Assembly: GCA_013239625.1 (NCBI GenBank)
Contig: MU053758.1
Span: forward strand, 992,001-1,056,000
Source of the DNA: Lama guanicoe
Lineage: Eukaryota
Reading direction: 5' to 3'
DNA: 64,000 nt
The notes below the pieces were generated by a model, which worked only from the letters and a program-made list of their open reading frames with translations, was not told the DNA's origin and searched no databases. Shown here piece after piece: positions 26,205-42,200 of this stretch (positions are counted from its first letter, which is position 1; each line of letters opens with the position of its first letter). The translations under genes and the position numbers were made by a program.

Positions 26205-26715
26205 TAGCAATGGCTTTTATCCAGGGATGTGCGTTAGATCGCCTAAGGAGCTTTTAAAGATGCAAATGCCATGGTCAAAGCAGCATTGTGTTGCAATAAT
26301 AAAAAACTGGAAACAACCCAAATTTTCATCACTAGGTGAATGGTTGGAGTATGGTGTGTCCATACAATATGAAATACTATGCAGCTTAAGAATGGAGATC
26401 TTTATGGAACAATGTCAAAGGTACATTACATTACATAAAAAGGCAGACTATAGAATTATAATATCTATTTTCACATATGTACATCTGGTCAGTTTATGTA
26501 TAGAAAAACAAAAACAGGCCTTGACAAGTTTGGGGCTAGGGAACTTCCTACATAAAGTATGTTTGTAATTGAATTTGAATACATGTATTATATGACAATT
26601 AGAAAAAAATTTTTAAAAATAATACACATACACCCTGCTTTCTGATTCATTGAATCTGGGCATCTGTATTTATAAACTCCAGAGGTGATTCTGATTCTCA
26701 TATATGAGAAAGTTC
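26205..26715 (+). mobile_element. MER5-like element split by an old L1 3' fragment (about 26271-26620)
   Basis: GGAGCTTTTAAAGATGCAAATGCC, then L1 motif GCAGCATTG..AACTGGAAACAACCCAAA, then MER5 half CATCTGTATTT..CCAGAGGTGATTCTGAT; boundaries approximate. Confidence 0.55.
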
Positions 26716-26883
26716 TCTACTCAAGGTCTGTTCTCCTGTGAATTCTTCTGTAGTACAGATGGTTACCTCATCACACCAACATTCTAAATGTTTCACCTTA
26801 GCATTTACCTAAAAAGCCCTACTGGTCTGGTTTCAGAGGTCTCTGGATCCTGTCTTGTCCTCACATCTGGAATTTGATCTTTC

Positions 26884-27071
26884 TTTTTCTTTTTCTTTTT
26901 CTTTTTTTTAATTTTATAGGGTATGAAACAATCCCTTTATTTTATTGTATTTTTTGTAGGGGAGAGGTACTTAGGTTTATTTTTATTTATTTTAATGGAA
27001 GTACTGGGGATTGAACCCAGGACATTGTGCATACTAAGCACACACTCTGCCACTGAGTTATACCCTCCGCC
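26884..27071 (-). mobile_element. tRNA-derived SINE (Vic-1-like) with 17-bp TSD
   Basis: TSD CTGGA(A/G)TTTGATCTTTC at 26867-26883 and 27072-27088; A/B boxes on - strand. Confidence 0.88.
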
Positions 27072-27214
27072 CTGGAGTTTGATCTTTCAAGCTGGCAGGA
27101 AATCATTATGGAAGTTGCTGGGATCTTTATAATTCATGTATATGATGGCAACCAGGAGCTACGCTCACATTGTTTCCTCAGATCTTCCTCATATCCTTTC
27201 ACTGGAACTAACCA

Positions 27215-29898
27215 CAGTCATACTTTGCTTTATTGCACTTAGCTTTATTGTGCTTCACAAATGTTGCATTTTTTAAAAATGAATTGAAGATTTGTTGACA
27301 ACTCTGTATCAAGCATGTCCATCAGTGCCATTTTTTGCAGCAGCATTTGCTCATATCTGTCACGTTTTAGTAATACTCGCAATATTTCTAACTTTTTCAT
27401 TATTACTATGTTTGCCATAGAGATCTGTGATCAGTGATCCTTCAATGTTACTATTGTAATTGTTTTCGGGCATCACAAACCATGCCCATGTAAGATGGCA
27501 GAGCTTAATCTGTGAGCTGTTCCCCCATTTCTCCCTCCTCAGACCTCCCTATTCCCTGAGATACAAGGAATATTGAAGTTAAGTCTTAATAACACTACAG
27601 TGATCTCTACAGTTCAAGTGAAAGGAAAAGCTGCACATCTCTCACTTTAAATCAGAAGGTAGAAACGATTAAATTTAATGAGAAAGGCACGTTGAAAGCC
27701 AAGATGGGCCAAAAGCTGGGCCTCTTGCGCCAGTTAGCCAAGTTTTGAATGCAAAGGAAAAGTTACTGAAGGAAATTAAAAGTGCTACTCCAGTGAGCCT
27801 CACATGGTAAGAAAACAAAACCGCCTTCTTGCTCCTATGTAGAAAGTTTGAGTGGTCTGGATAGAAGATCAAATCAGCCACAACATTCCCTTAAGCCAAG
27901 GTGTAATCCAGAAAAGGCCTAACTCTCTTGGATTCTGTGGAGGCCTAGAAAGGTGAGTTAGCTGCAGAAGAGTTTGAAGTCAGCAGAGGTTGGTTCATAA
28001 GGTTTAAGGAAAGAAACTGTCCCTATAACATAAAAGTGCACCTGAAGTAGCAAGTGCTGATGTAGAAGCTGTAGCAAGTTACCCAGAAGATCTAGCTGAG
28101 ACAATTAATGGGTTTGGCTATAATATACTAAACAACAGATTTTCAATGTAGATGAAACAGCCTCCCACTGGGAAAAGATTCCAGCTAGGACTTTCATAGC
28201 TAGGGAGGAAAAGTCAGTGCCTGTCTTGAAAGGACAGGCTGATTCTCTTGTTAAGGGCTATTGCAACTGGTGGCTTTAAGTTGAAGCCACTGCTCATTTA
28301 CCATTCTGGAAATCCTGGAGTCCTTACAAATTATGCTCAATCTACTCTTGTGCTCTGTAAATGTAACAACAAAGCCTGGATGACAGCACATGAAGTTTAC
28401 AGCATGGTTCCCAAAACTGCTTTTTCAATTTTAGCAACATGTGGTCCTTTCCTCTTATCTTTTTTTCCAGACTATTCTGTCTTCCAGTTTCAGACAAAAA
28501 CTCTCTTCAGCCTTTTTTGTTGCTTAACAATAGAACAACAATCCTTAACTCTAACTTTATTATTTTAAATCTTAACTTATTTCACATGGAAAAACTAGTA
28601 CTTGGTGTGAAAAAGGTTGCACACAATAAAGTTATATTGCTGTAAGCCTACTGTTGAGGCCTACTACTCAGAACAAAAGATTTCTTTCAAAATATTACTG
28701 TTCATTGGCAACACACTAGGTCACCCAGGAGCCCTGATGGAGATGTACAGCAAGATAAATGTGCTAAATCATGTGCCTGTGAACACATCATTCTGTAGCT
28801 CTTGGGTCAAGGAGTCATTTTGACTTTCAGGTCTTATTATTTAAGAAATACATTTTGTAACGCTATAGCTGCCATAGATAGTGATTCCTCTGTTGGATCC
28901 AGGCAAAGTAAATTGAAAACCTTCTGGAAAGGATTCACCATTCTAGATGCCATAACATTTGTGATTCATGGGAAGAGGTCAAAATAGCAACAGTAATAAG
29001 AGTTTGGAAAAAGTTAATTCCCAGCCTTCACGGATGACTTTGAGAGGTTCAAGACCTCAAGTGAAGGAAGTGCACAGGTGGTGGAAATAGCAAGAGAAGT
29101 AGAATTAGAAGTGGAGCCTGAAGAGGTGACTGAATTGCTGCAGCCTCATGATAAAACTTCAGCGGATGAGGAGTTGCTTCTTACTGTTGAGCAAAAAAAA
29201 AAAAAAAAAAAAAAAAAAATATGGAGTCTACTCCTGGCAAAGATGTAAAGATTGTTGAAATGACAACAAAGGATTTAGAATCTTACATAAACTAATTTGA
29301 TAAAGCAGCAGCGGATTTGAGGACTGACTCCAATTTTGAAAGAAGTTCTGTGGGTAAAATGCTATCAAACAGCACTGAATGCTACAGAGAAATCATTCGT
29401 GAAAGGAAGAGTCAGTTGATATGGCAGAACTTCATTGTCTTATTTTTAAAAACTGCCACAGCCACCCCAAACTTTCAGAGACCATGACCCTAATCAATCA
29501 GCAGCCATCAATATCAATGCAAGACCAGTCATTAGCAAAAAGATGATGACTTGCTGAAGGTTCAGATGATGGTTAGCATTTTTAGCAGTATTTTTTTAAA
29601 TGTTTTTTAACTTACTTTTTTGGGGGGTGGGGTGGGAATTAGGTTTACTTATTTGTTTTTTTTAGTGGAGGTACTGGGGATTGAACCCAGGACCTCCTGC
29701 ATGCTAGGCATGCAGTCTACCACTGAGCTATATCCTCCCTCTGGAAGTATTTTTTCATTAAGGTATGTATACTGTTTTTTTCAGACATAATGCTATTGCA
29801 CACTTAATAGACTACAGTATAGTGTAAACTTTTATTTGCCCTGGGAAACCAAAAAATTGTGAGACTTGCTTTATCAAAGTGGTCTGGAAGTATGCCTG
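27215..29898 (+). mobile_element. Near full-length Tigger1 (pogo/TcMar) DNA transposon with decayed transposase, in CBX1 intron 1
   Basis: TIR remnants CAGTCATAC.. and ..GTATGCCTG followed by TA; transposase fragments [23 protein letters not shown] and [16 protein letters not shown]; many stops and frameshifts; carries three secondary insertions. Confidence 0.92.
29597..29745 (-). mobile_element. tRNA-derived SINE (Vic-1-like) nested in Tigger1
   Basis: TSD AGTATTTTTT at 29587 and 29746; body GGGGATTGAACCCAGGACC..ACCACTGAGCTATA on + strand. Confidence 0.85.
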
Positions 29899-32800
29899 TA
29901 TTTAGAAACGCAATGCCTAATCTTGTGTCTAATACTTCACTACCTTCTGCCTGCAAAGTAGCACTATTCCTCTTTTTCATTTTCAGGCTCCTAACTGCAG
30001 GAGTGGAGGTGTCCAGGAGAATCGCAACTGCTTTTTTTTTTTTTTTCTCTTAAAAGAGCTATGAGTTCATGATTCTTGCTCTTCATGACACTGACACTGT
30101 AGAAGAATTTGAGGTTCTTAAAATTGGCATTTTCTCAGTAGTTTTTCTGGCCTACTTGCTAGGTGCTTAACTTAAAAAATTCCACAGTATCTAGCACTTG
30201 TCAATTTAAAAGACTCAGAAGACTGCTGGGACCCTAAAAACCAAAGCTTTGTTACTGCCTGCTGATTTAATTAGCAAAGAAAACCTTCACGTTCCAGTAA
30301 CAAATGAAAAGTCAGTAGTTTTTTTTTTTAACCGGTAGTTTTTAAATATACTTTCCAAGGCCTTTTCTGAAAGAAATTATCAGTCACTTGTCATTTACTG
30401 ATAACAAATTGTAGGGAGAAGCCAAGTTAAGAGACCCCTCTGTCCTTTCCTTGTACAGGCTGGAGGGAAATTTCTCTGTAAGTGTGTAGCTCGCTCCTAG
30501 TTCTGTGTATGCAGCAGGGCCATTAGCCCGGCCCTGCCAGGAGATGTCCATACTGAAGTGCTGTACTTTTTGTTGATTGTGTGACCTTAGAAGAGTTATT
30601 TCATCTACATCTGAGGTGTCAGTAACATCTGAATGGTTTGTTTTACAGGATGGTTTTGAGGATCAAATGAGATAACACGGTAGTAAACTGAAAATGCAAT
30701 ACAAATGTAAAGTATTATTTTTCTAGGCGTCTTAAAATGTGGCAGACTCAGTATTTAGATAAAAAGTGTAGTAGCTCAACTAACCAGGTTTTTTGTCTGC
30801 ATCATCATGATGAGCCTTAAGAAGAAGGATGTAGGATGTCTGAGCTAATCTAGAACTGTTTACCTTTTTGTACACCTTGTGATGTCCTAGCATATATCCC
30901 AACCCTTTATTCAATGATCATGGCACTTTTATGCCATAATTTGGCAAGGATGCTTAGGGGGAGTGGCAAATAGCATTGACTAAAGGCATTTCTCCATTAT
31001 GCTAGTGTGCTGATCTGAGTTACTTTGAAATATCCATGCCAAACAATTCCAATTGAGAACCCTCCTTCCAGATGTCCCTGCTGATATCTGGAGATTGTCA
31101 TATTTGGGGAGAGGGAGTTTCTCTTGAAATAATCCATTTGGAAACTATATGCAAATAATTGGCCTGTCATAATATTTAAGGGGGCTCTTGGCTCATTTGA
31201 AGGTGCTAGATTCTATAGGAAGAATGGGGTTTGTATTTAATCCCATTCTCTACTGAGTTTGACAAATGGTTTATTTAGGACCCCAAAGAAGTACCTATGA
31301 ATATGGAAAAAACTCACATTGATTTCGGAATATCCAATATAAAGAATCCAACCTCTGGAGACAGATGCTTGACCAGTTAAGAAAACTCAGAGAAGTTGGA
31401 GTCTGTTTTCTGCATTCTTCACTTCTCATTTGAGTTTCCCTTAAGACAATAAATTTAAGTGAGTAAAGATGAAAATCAAGAGGCCTTACTTTAGATTTCC
31501 CTTATTTGGGGGTTTTCTTTGCCTAAACTAGAGGATTAAGTCATATTCTTACTCTTTTCTGTGACTCTTCCTCCTTAATAAGGGGAGGAGAGGCCTGCAG
31601 TAGATAGAGATAAGCTGGGAGCTGTCCTGACCTTTTAGGTCCAACAGTAGCAGGATCCGATGGGCAGTATTCAATGTGGTTTCTTTTTGTAAGATAAATA
31701 TAGCTATTAATGTAGACAACACAGAGCCTTAAATAGGTCTCAGTTCTGAAGCCAGAGTGATAGAATGCCTTTCCTTTACTTTCTTAAATATAATTACTTG
31801 GAAATGGGGTTACTAGGGGACAGTTGTTGGTTTAGGATTGTCTGTAACCCATTGTTTCCCTCTGGCTGTTGAGAAAGGGAGTATCTTCAAATTTCCAAGT
31901 CCAAGCTAATGTGGGGAGTTGTGGTACCCTTTGTTATCTAAAGGTGTCAGTTTATTTTTCTTTGCACTGTAACCAGACCCTTGATGAATCTTGCTACCCC
32001 TTCAACTGACAGTGAAAGAAGCAAGCGGGGAGTAGCGCTTGTTCTTGGGAGCAGGCACTACTGCATTTATCCAAAAGGAAAATTAGATTTTTTTTTTTCT
32101 TCTCATTAAATAACACTTGTCATGGCAATCAGAATTCTGAAAATCTGAAAGCATCTCCCTCCAGGAAGAACAACGGCCTCTGAGTCAGAGAACAGTGAAG
32201 CTGGCCAATAATTAGCCAGAGTTACCATTCAATCCACTGATTAGTCTGTTCAGTAACAGAAGGGAGGAAAACTCATGGGGCACTTTCTCTAAAAGACAGA
32301 GGGGCTGGGGAGGAAGGAAAGCAGTCTTTAGTATGCAAATGGAGAGAAAGAATCTTAGCACAGAATTGGTTTTGAAGTGTGTGGGGCCTTGGGTGTTGCC
32401 TTAGGCCACACTAAAATCACCTCAGAAAACATCTGTTTGTGCCACTCAGCAAAAGTTTGGAATACCTTTAGTGGAAGCGGTATCTACGTTTTTTCTTACC
32501 AATTTTTCTTTTTTTTAGGAAGGCAGGGACCATTGCTTATTCTCTTGAATCTCCAGTGTTCAGCAATATCTAGGATTTTTTAGTAGCCAAACAAATGTTT
32601 GTTTCTGTAAGTCAGTATTGCTTATATATGCAGATGTAAGAAAAATCTCAAGAATATAAACCTAAGCATCTGTAGATACTGTTATCTGTAGATAACAGTG
32701 AGCCTGACTTTTATGAAAGATTTGTTATATTTCGTATAGTCTATAGATGAACTCTTTCTAAAATACATTGTGTCTACACATGTCAGTTTAAAAATATTTA

Positions 32801-33884
32801 GAATGAGTTTCTACTTTCACTAAGTAAGATTTCTTTTCTTAAGGATGCTAGGGATAACCAGTTTAATCCCAAATTGGCATTGCCTTAAATTCAGACATGA
32901 AACATAATAGTAACTACTTTTTTGTCTTGGATCATCTGCCTTACTCTTGATTCTTTGTATTTCATTCTTGGGAACTGATTCATCAATTTGTAGATTTCAG
33001 CCAGTTTTTTAGATCAATTTTGTTGTATTGATATCTTATGGCGCCACCTATCGACACATTTGTAATCATAAGGCTTTAAGCCTCCCAGCAGTCAAAATAG
33101 TTGTATGAAGGACTTAAGAAAATAGATTTATAGGAGACTGGAATTTTAGCACTGGAAAAACCCTTGAAGGTTGAAAGTTCCCAGCCTGATGATGTATTTT
33201 ACAGATGAATAAATTCAGGTTCTGTTATCTGTGGTAACTACCTTTTTTTCTCCCTACTTATTTCCAAATTCTTTTGGTGCTCTAGTTTAGAGAATTTCAT
33301 GGTCATTCTGGCATTTTTATGGATCTTTCTCAGTCTTAGAAGTAAAAAGTAGGGTAAAAAGTTAACAAGAAACTAGCAAATTATAAATTAATGGTGGCAT
33401 TCAGGAAGACTGCATACAGAACCTTAAAGGGACTCAAAAGAGATGATGTTTTAACAGTGCAGAAGACTGGATTATATTATATGTGCATATACAAAAGAGA
33501 AAATTAAACTAGATGTTTAATAAATAGGATGTGCCATTTCACATAGTAAAAAAACAAATCCAATATTATGATGAAACTGGAAAACATTCAGAGAACAGGA
33601 GAACATATGGATCTGAGGTTATATGTATATAGGTTTGATGTATGTACCTACCTGATTTTTAGGAGGATTGCTTTTCTTTTGAATTAATGTAACATTTTAG
33701 ATACCATAAGTAAAGGCATTGTGAGATTTTATGACTTAGAATGGGTGTAAAAGTTTCAAGTGGATATGCAGGAATAAAGTTTTGCTGTCAGATTAGTTGG
33801 AGCTGTTGTAGGAAACTTCCTAGCTGAACAAAATTATTGTGTATTGAAGATGAATAGCCATAACATAGCAGCATGCACTATTAA

Positions 33885-37864
<3,980 letters not shown>

Positions 37865-39195
37865 CTCTCCTCAGTACCAGCCCCTGTCACATCTGACTGT
37901 GGGTTTCAAGTGGGGAAAGAAGGAGTTCTACTTGTCTTGACACCATAGAGGTGGCTTGAGAAGATGTCCTTTGAAGAGCCAGTATAGTTTCTGTGCCCTA
38001 CAGCAGCCCAAGTGCTTTAAGCCGTTCCATGCTGTATAGTTTGCACACCCATCCCGGTGGAGGGGAAGGAGGGTCAGTGTTTTAAGGCAACCCATTCTGC
38101 ACTTTGCTGAGAAAAGCAGAGGGCCTTCTATGAAGGACAAAACTTGCAGAATGAGGTGTGGGAGAGCAAAAGATAACTGTAGATCTTCAAAGAGCATCTC
38201 CACAACCCACAGCCTTCTTCCCAATAGTGTTAACTGCATTTTTACAGCGTAGCATGTGTGTAGTTTTTGGCTATTACTGGTGTATTATTTGGGGGTGGGA
38301 GGGCTGGGGGGGAAAGGAAGGGAGATGAGTAGGATCATTTTTGTTAAAATTTGGGGCTTGATTGGGGAAATGGTGAAACGAAGGAAAGAAGGAGCAACTA
38401 ACAATGATTCGGTTCTGTGTCCCAAATATTTTATCTTTTCCAAAAATGTCATTGGCAACCTAAATGAGGACTGTGAGAGACTATTTAAAAGCTGTGAATG
38501 CTTGAAACCTATAAGCCAAGGTGTTCCCTGCCTGAGCTTAATGCTATTCCCAGCAAAAGACTAAGCCAGTTAAGTTACCAAAGCTGCCATTTAGGGGATG
38601 GAAACTGTTTGAGGAGGAAATGTCCTATTGGAGCGTATACACAGATCATTCTGTCTTAGAGGTGCTAATTCTTGAAATTGACAAGAAGATCCTTTATTTT
38701 CCAGTTACGAAGTTGCAAATACTAGCTTGTCCATCCAAGCCACTGGCTGAGGTATTTGGGGAGGAGCAGAGGGTAGTAAGGAGGTGGGAGAGTAGGAAAA
38801 AGACAAGGCCCATGCTCTTAGGGTGAAAAACTATTAGACCCTCTGTTTTTTGAACTTTAAACTCTGAAACCATTGGTTGCAGAGTTTAGTCACTGACAGC
38901 ACAAGTTCACTGAATCACACTTCAAGAGTTGAATGATTTCAAAAGCCCTAGTCTCAGGAGGAGATTAAACTTTCATACTGGGGCAGTGGTTCACTTTAAA
39001 ACAAAACAAAAAAAAAATTTTTAACCCTAAGAATTAATACCCAAAATGCTGTCTCATTATGAGATCCATCAGTTCTTGACCTCATCTAGACCTGCATTTA
39101 GAACTCCGTTTTAAATCTTTTTAGGCATGTGTTAGGTTTCTGTGAAAACTTTGTTTAAATGTAAACTTCATACCAACACTGTCAGTTTTTGTCTT

Positions 39196-39201
39196 AATAA
39201 A
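39196..39201 (+). terminator. CBX1: CBX1 polyadenylation signal
   Basis: AATAAA about 1.33 kb after the stop, followed by a GT/T-rich downstream element (TTGATTTTGTCTTGTCTTG). Confidence 0.75.
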
Positions 39202-42200
39202 ACTATAGATTTATAATCCTTGATTTTGTCTTGTCTTGCCAGAAATCCTCCTCGCCTTTTATTACCTTATAGATTTGGTCTGTTTGGGAACAACGTCGAC
39301 ACTTGGGATGGTCTTATTTCTTAAATGCTATAGGCTTGAAAATCTGGTGCCTGGTGTGAATCTTTGAGTGGTCTACCATATTAATTTAGTAAATGCTCAT
39401 TGGGCATTTATAGTTGCTACAGAGATTTATAAAGATTGTCATATCATTGTGTCCATATTGTTCAAAGTTTGTTTTGCACTCTGTGACCTGACAGCACTTC
39501 CAAACTGTGATGTTTGGAAACATGTCATTTTGAGTTAGGTTTAGATCCTGGTTCTTGTATTTCATAGATTTGTGTGGCCTTAGGGAACGTCTACTTCTCC
39601 AAATTTTTCAGAAATTGGTCCCATGTTTGATCAATGAATTGAAATGTCATCCATTTTCTTAACATTGTTTTCTGCCTTTAATTCTAGAGCCAAAATGGGA
39701 CTAGATTGTTGTCACTTATAAAAGGGGAAATGGGATTTCCATTGAGATTAGTTCAGCTCTGCTCACTAGTGCAAAGCATTTGTTCCAGATAAACTGATGT
39801 GTAGATACATAGGTTTTTTCAAAAAGCCTGCTAGGAGTTTTGGGAGACATAAGTAAAGTGGAGCTGGGGAGACCTTTTTATGTAGAGGTCTGAGTGTGTC
39901 CAGCGGCAGAGCAGTCTATAGCCAGTTTAGAGAGTTGGGGTGGACAGATATGTTCTGGTTCTGTTCTGCATCAGATAGACTGAAATCAGCCTTCATTCAG
40001 CCTTAGTGTATGTCCAGAATGGGCTGCTATTCAGCCTTAGCCTTAACCCTTGGAACCAACTTCACCATCACTGCTGGCATTCTGGAGCCCTTGTAAAACC
40101 ATATCATTCTTCCCCAGGGAAGACACCGAATTTGAATGCATGCAATGAAAATGGAAGTGAAGATAATACACAATTTTGTTATCTTTAAAAGCTGATATTC
40201 ACATTTCTAGATTCAAAGTTTAAGGACAAATTTTTCTTGAGTGATTGTTGAAGCCACAAGTGCATGCAAAAATAATTCTCTCTCTATATATATATAATAG
40301 GCACAACACATCTTAAGTCTGCTTTAGAAAGTATTTGGAGAGCATTTCTTCAGGCAGTGCAAAAATGTTTGTTGGACAGCTTCAATGAAATTGCATTATT
40401 GTAGACCAGGAGCTGAAGAGGAGATGGGTTATCTTTGTTACCATTACAAAAGAACAAGAGTTTACTAATTTGGTGACAGAATCATTATCAGAAGTGGCAA
40501 AGCCAAAGAAAATACCTTGCTCCTTCACTGCCTTCAGTTGAGTTTCAAGTCAGTAAATGGACACTGTATAATGACCACAGAAATACTGTCAACTGACAAT
40601 GCTCAGGAATAACTTTCTTTTCAATGGCATTTGGAAGTTTTGACTCTCAATTCTGAATTTTTAATAGTTAAGTTTTTAAGTACTTACTTTCAAATAAAAT
40701 CTGACATTCTAGAACTGATTAAGGCTCAGCTCAATTTGATTTTAACCCATAGCCACTGGGACCACGTGTACACAGCACATCTTTATGGCCTGTGGCACTG
40801 GGAATCTGCGTTATAAAGTGATTATTTTCCCTCTAGAGAAAGAGAAATTATAGAAGAAATTGCTACTCCAAAATAATTTGGTGGAATTGAAACTCCGAAA
40901 TCCTAATTTCTGCAGTGGCTTCCAAATCCTGAACTATGTATGGAGCTGGGTTCTGTCTGAGATCAAATTTATCTGATCAAGTCATCTGATTGGTATTCAT
41001 ATTAATCTGATGTGCAAGTTGGATCATCTCATGAGGACAGTCTCATTTAAAACTTAGAAATGATAGGGCTGAACTAAGTCCAGGCTCAGTGTTTTCCCTT
41101 CGCTAGAATTTGATTGAAATAACAAATACTGCTACCAGGCCAGCATTCAGCTTAGTAGAGGAAGGAGTCTTGGCTTCACCTTGCCTTTTAGCAGTAGATA
41201 GAGACGTCCTCGTGTTCTGGTGGGTAGTTAAGGACGTCTGATAGGGGAGCTTAAGATCCTCAGACAACTGTTAGTCTCTGATCTGCACAGTTGTGGCTTG
41301 ACTGTCCAGCAATGAGGTTTTCTCCCAAAGTTACTGCTTTCCTGGCCAGTGTGTTCAGAGTTGCTCAGAACGTTTAATCGACCTTGGCCTTCAGAGCTTC
41401 CCATTGAAAACTGCTGAATACTGAAAGTAAATCTGAAATAAAATCATCCTGGGATGAAAAGCATAGTTAGCCCTGCTCTGTGGGGCAAGTAGAGTAAGGA
41501 GTCTGTTTCTAAGACTTTTGCTTAGGCCATGACGTGGCAGGACTCTTGAGGCATGGCTGAAACGCGAAGTTTATAATATGTGCTGACCAGTTTTTGCTTA
41601 CATTAAATAACTTGTGTTAATTCACCAGCAGGTCTGAGTCTGCATTGTGACCTTGTTGGTTTACATGGTGGTTTGTGATAGTACCAGAGTCACTGTTTAC
41701 CCCACGTGGATTTTTAAGTCCTAGTTGACTTTGACCACTCCTGCCCTGTTTACTGCCACAGGTCAGGCTGGGCAACTTTGGGGCCTGGCTCTGGGACATG
41801 GGCCCAGTTTCCGTTACTGCGTCAGCCCCTAGTGAGGGCTGGAAGGCTGAAGGCAACTCAATTAGCCTCATTACATTTGTGTTTAAAACAAAAGGCAGAA
41901 CACTAACTCTTGATCTTTTCTTCACCTCTCCCCAAGTGATTTAGAAGTTTTCTTGGTAGAAATAGCATCTGGAATTAAGTAAATACTATGCAACCTACTG
42001 CACTCTGCAGTTAGATTAGAAAGGAACCAGCTTTAAGACTCTCTTTGGTGTTTCTGCACACTCAAAAAAGAAGACAAGGGTTTCTGTCCAACTGATGCCA
42101 CCTGTTCAGCAAGGTCCCCTACTCTCCCTCCACTGGAGTCAACTTGTACACTAGATTCTGTTTCTCAGCTAATTCAGGCAGACATGAACTTTCAGATATG

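Noticed and set aside
27600..29450. Domesticated TIGD-like transposase gene
   Set aside because: Frame broken by many stops, frameshifts and insertions.
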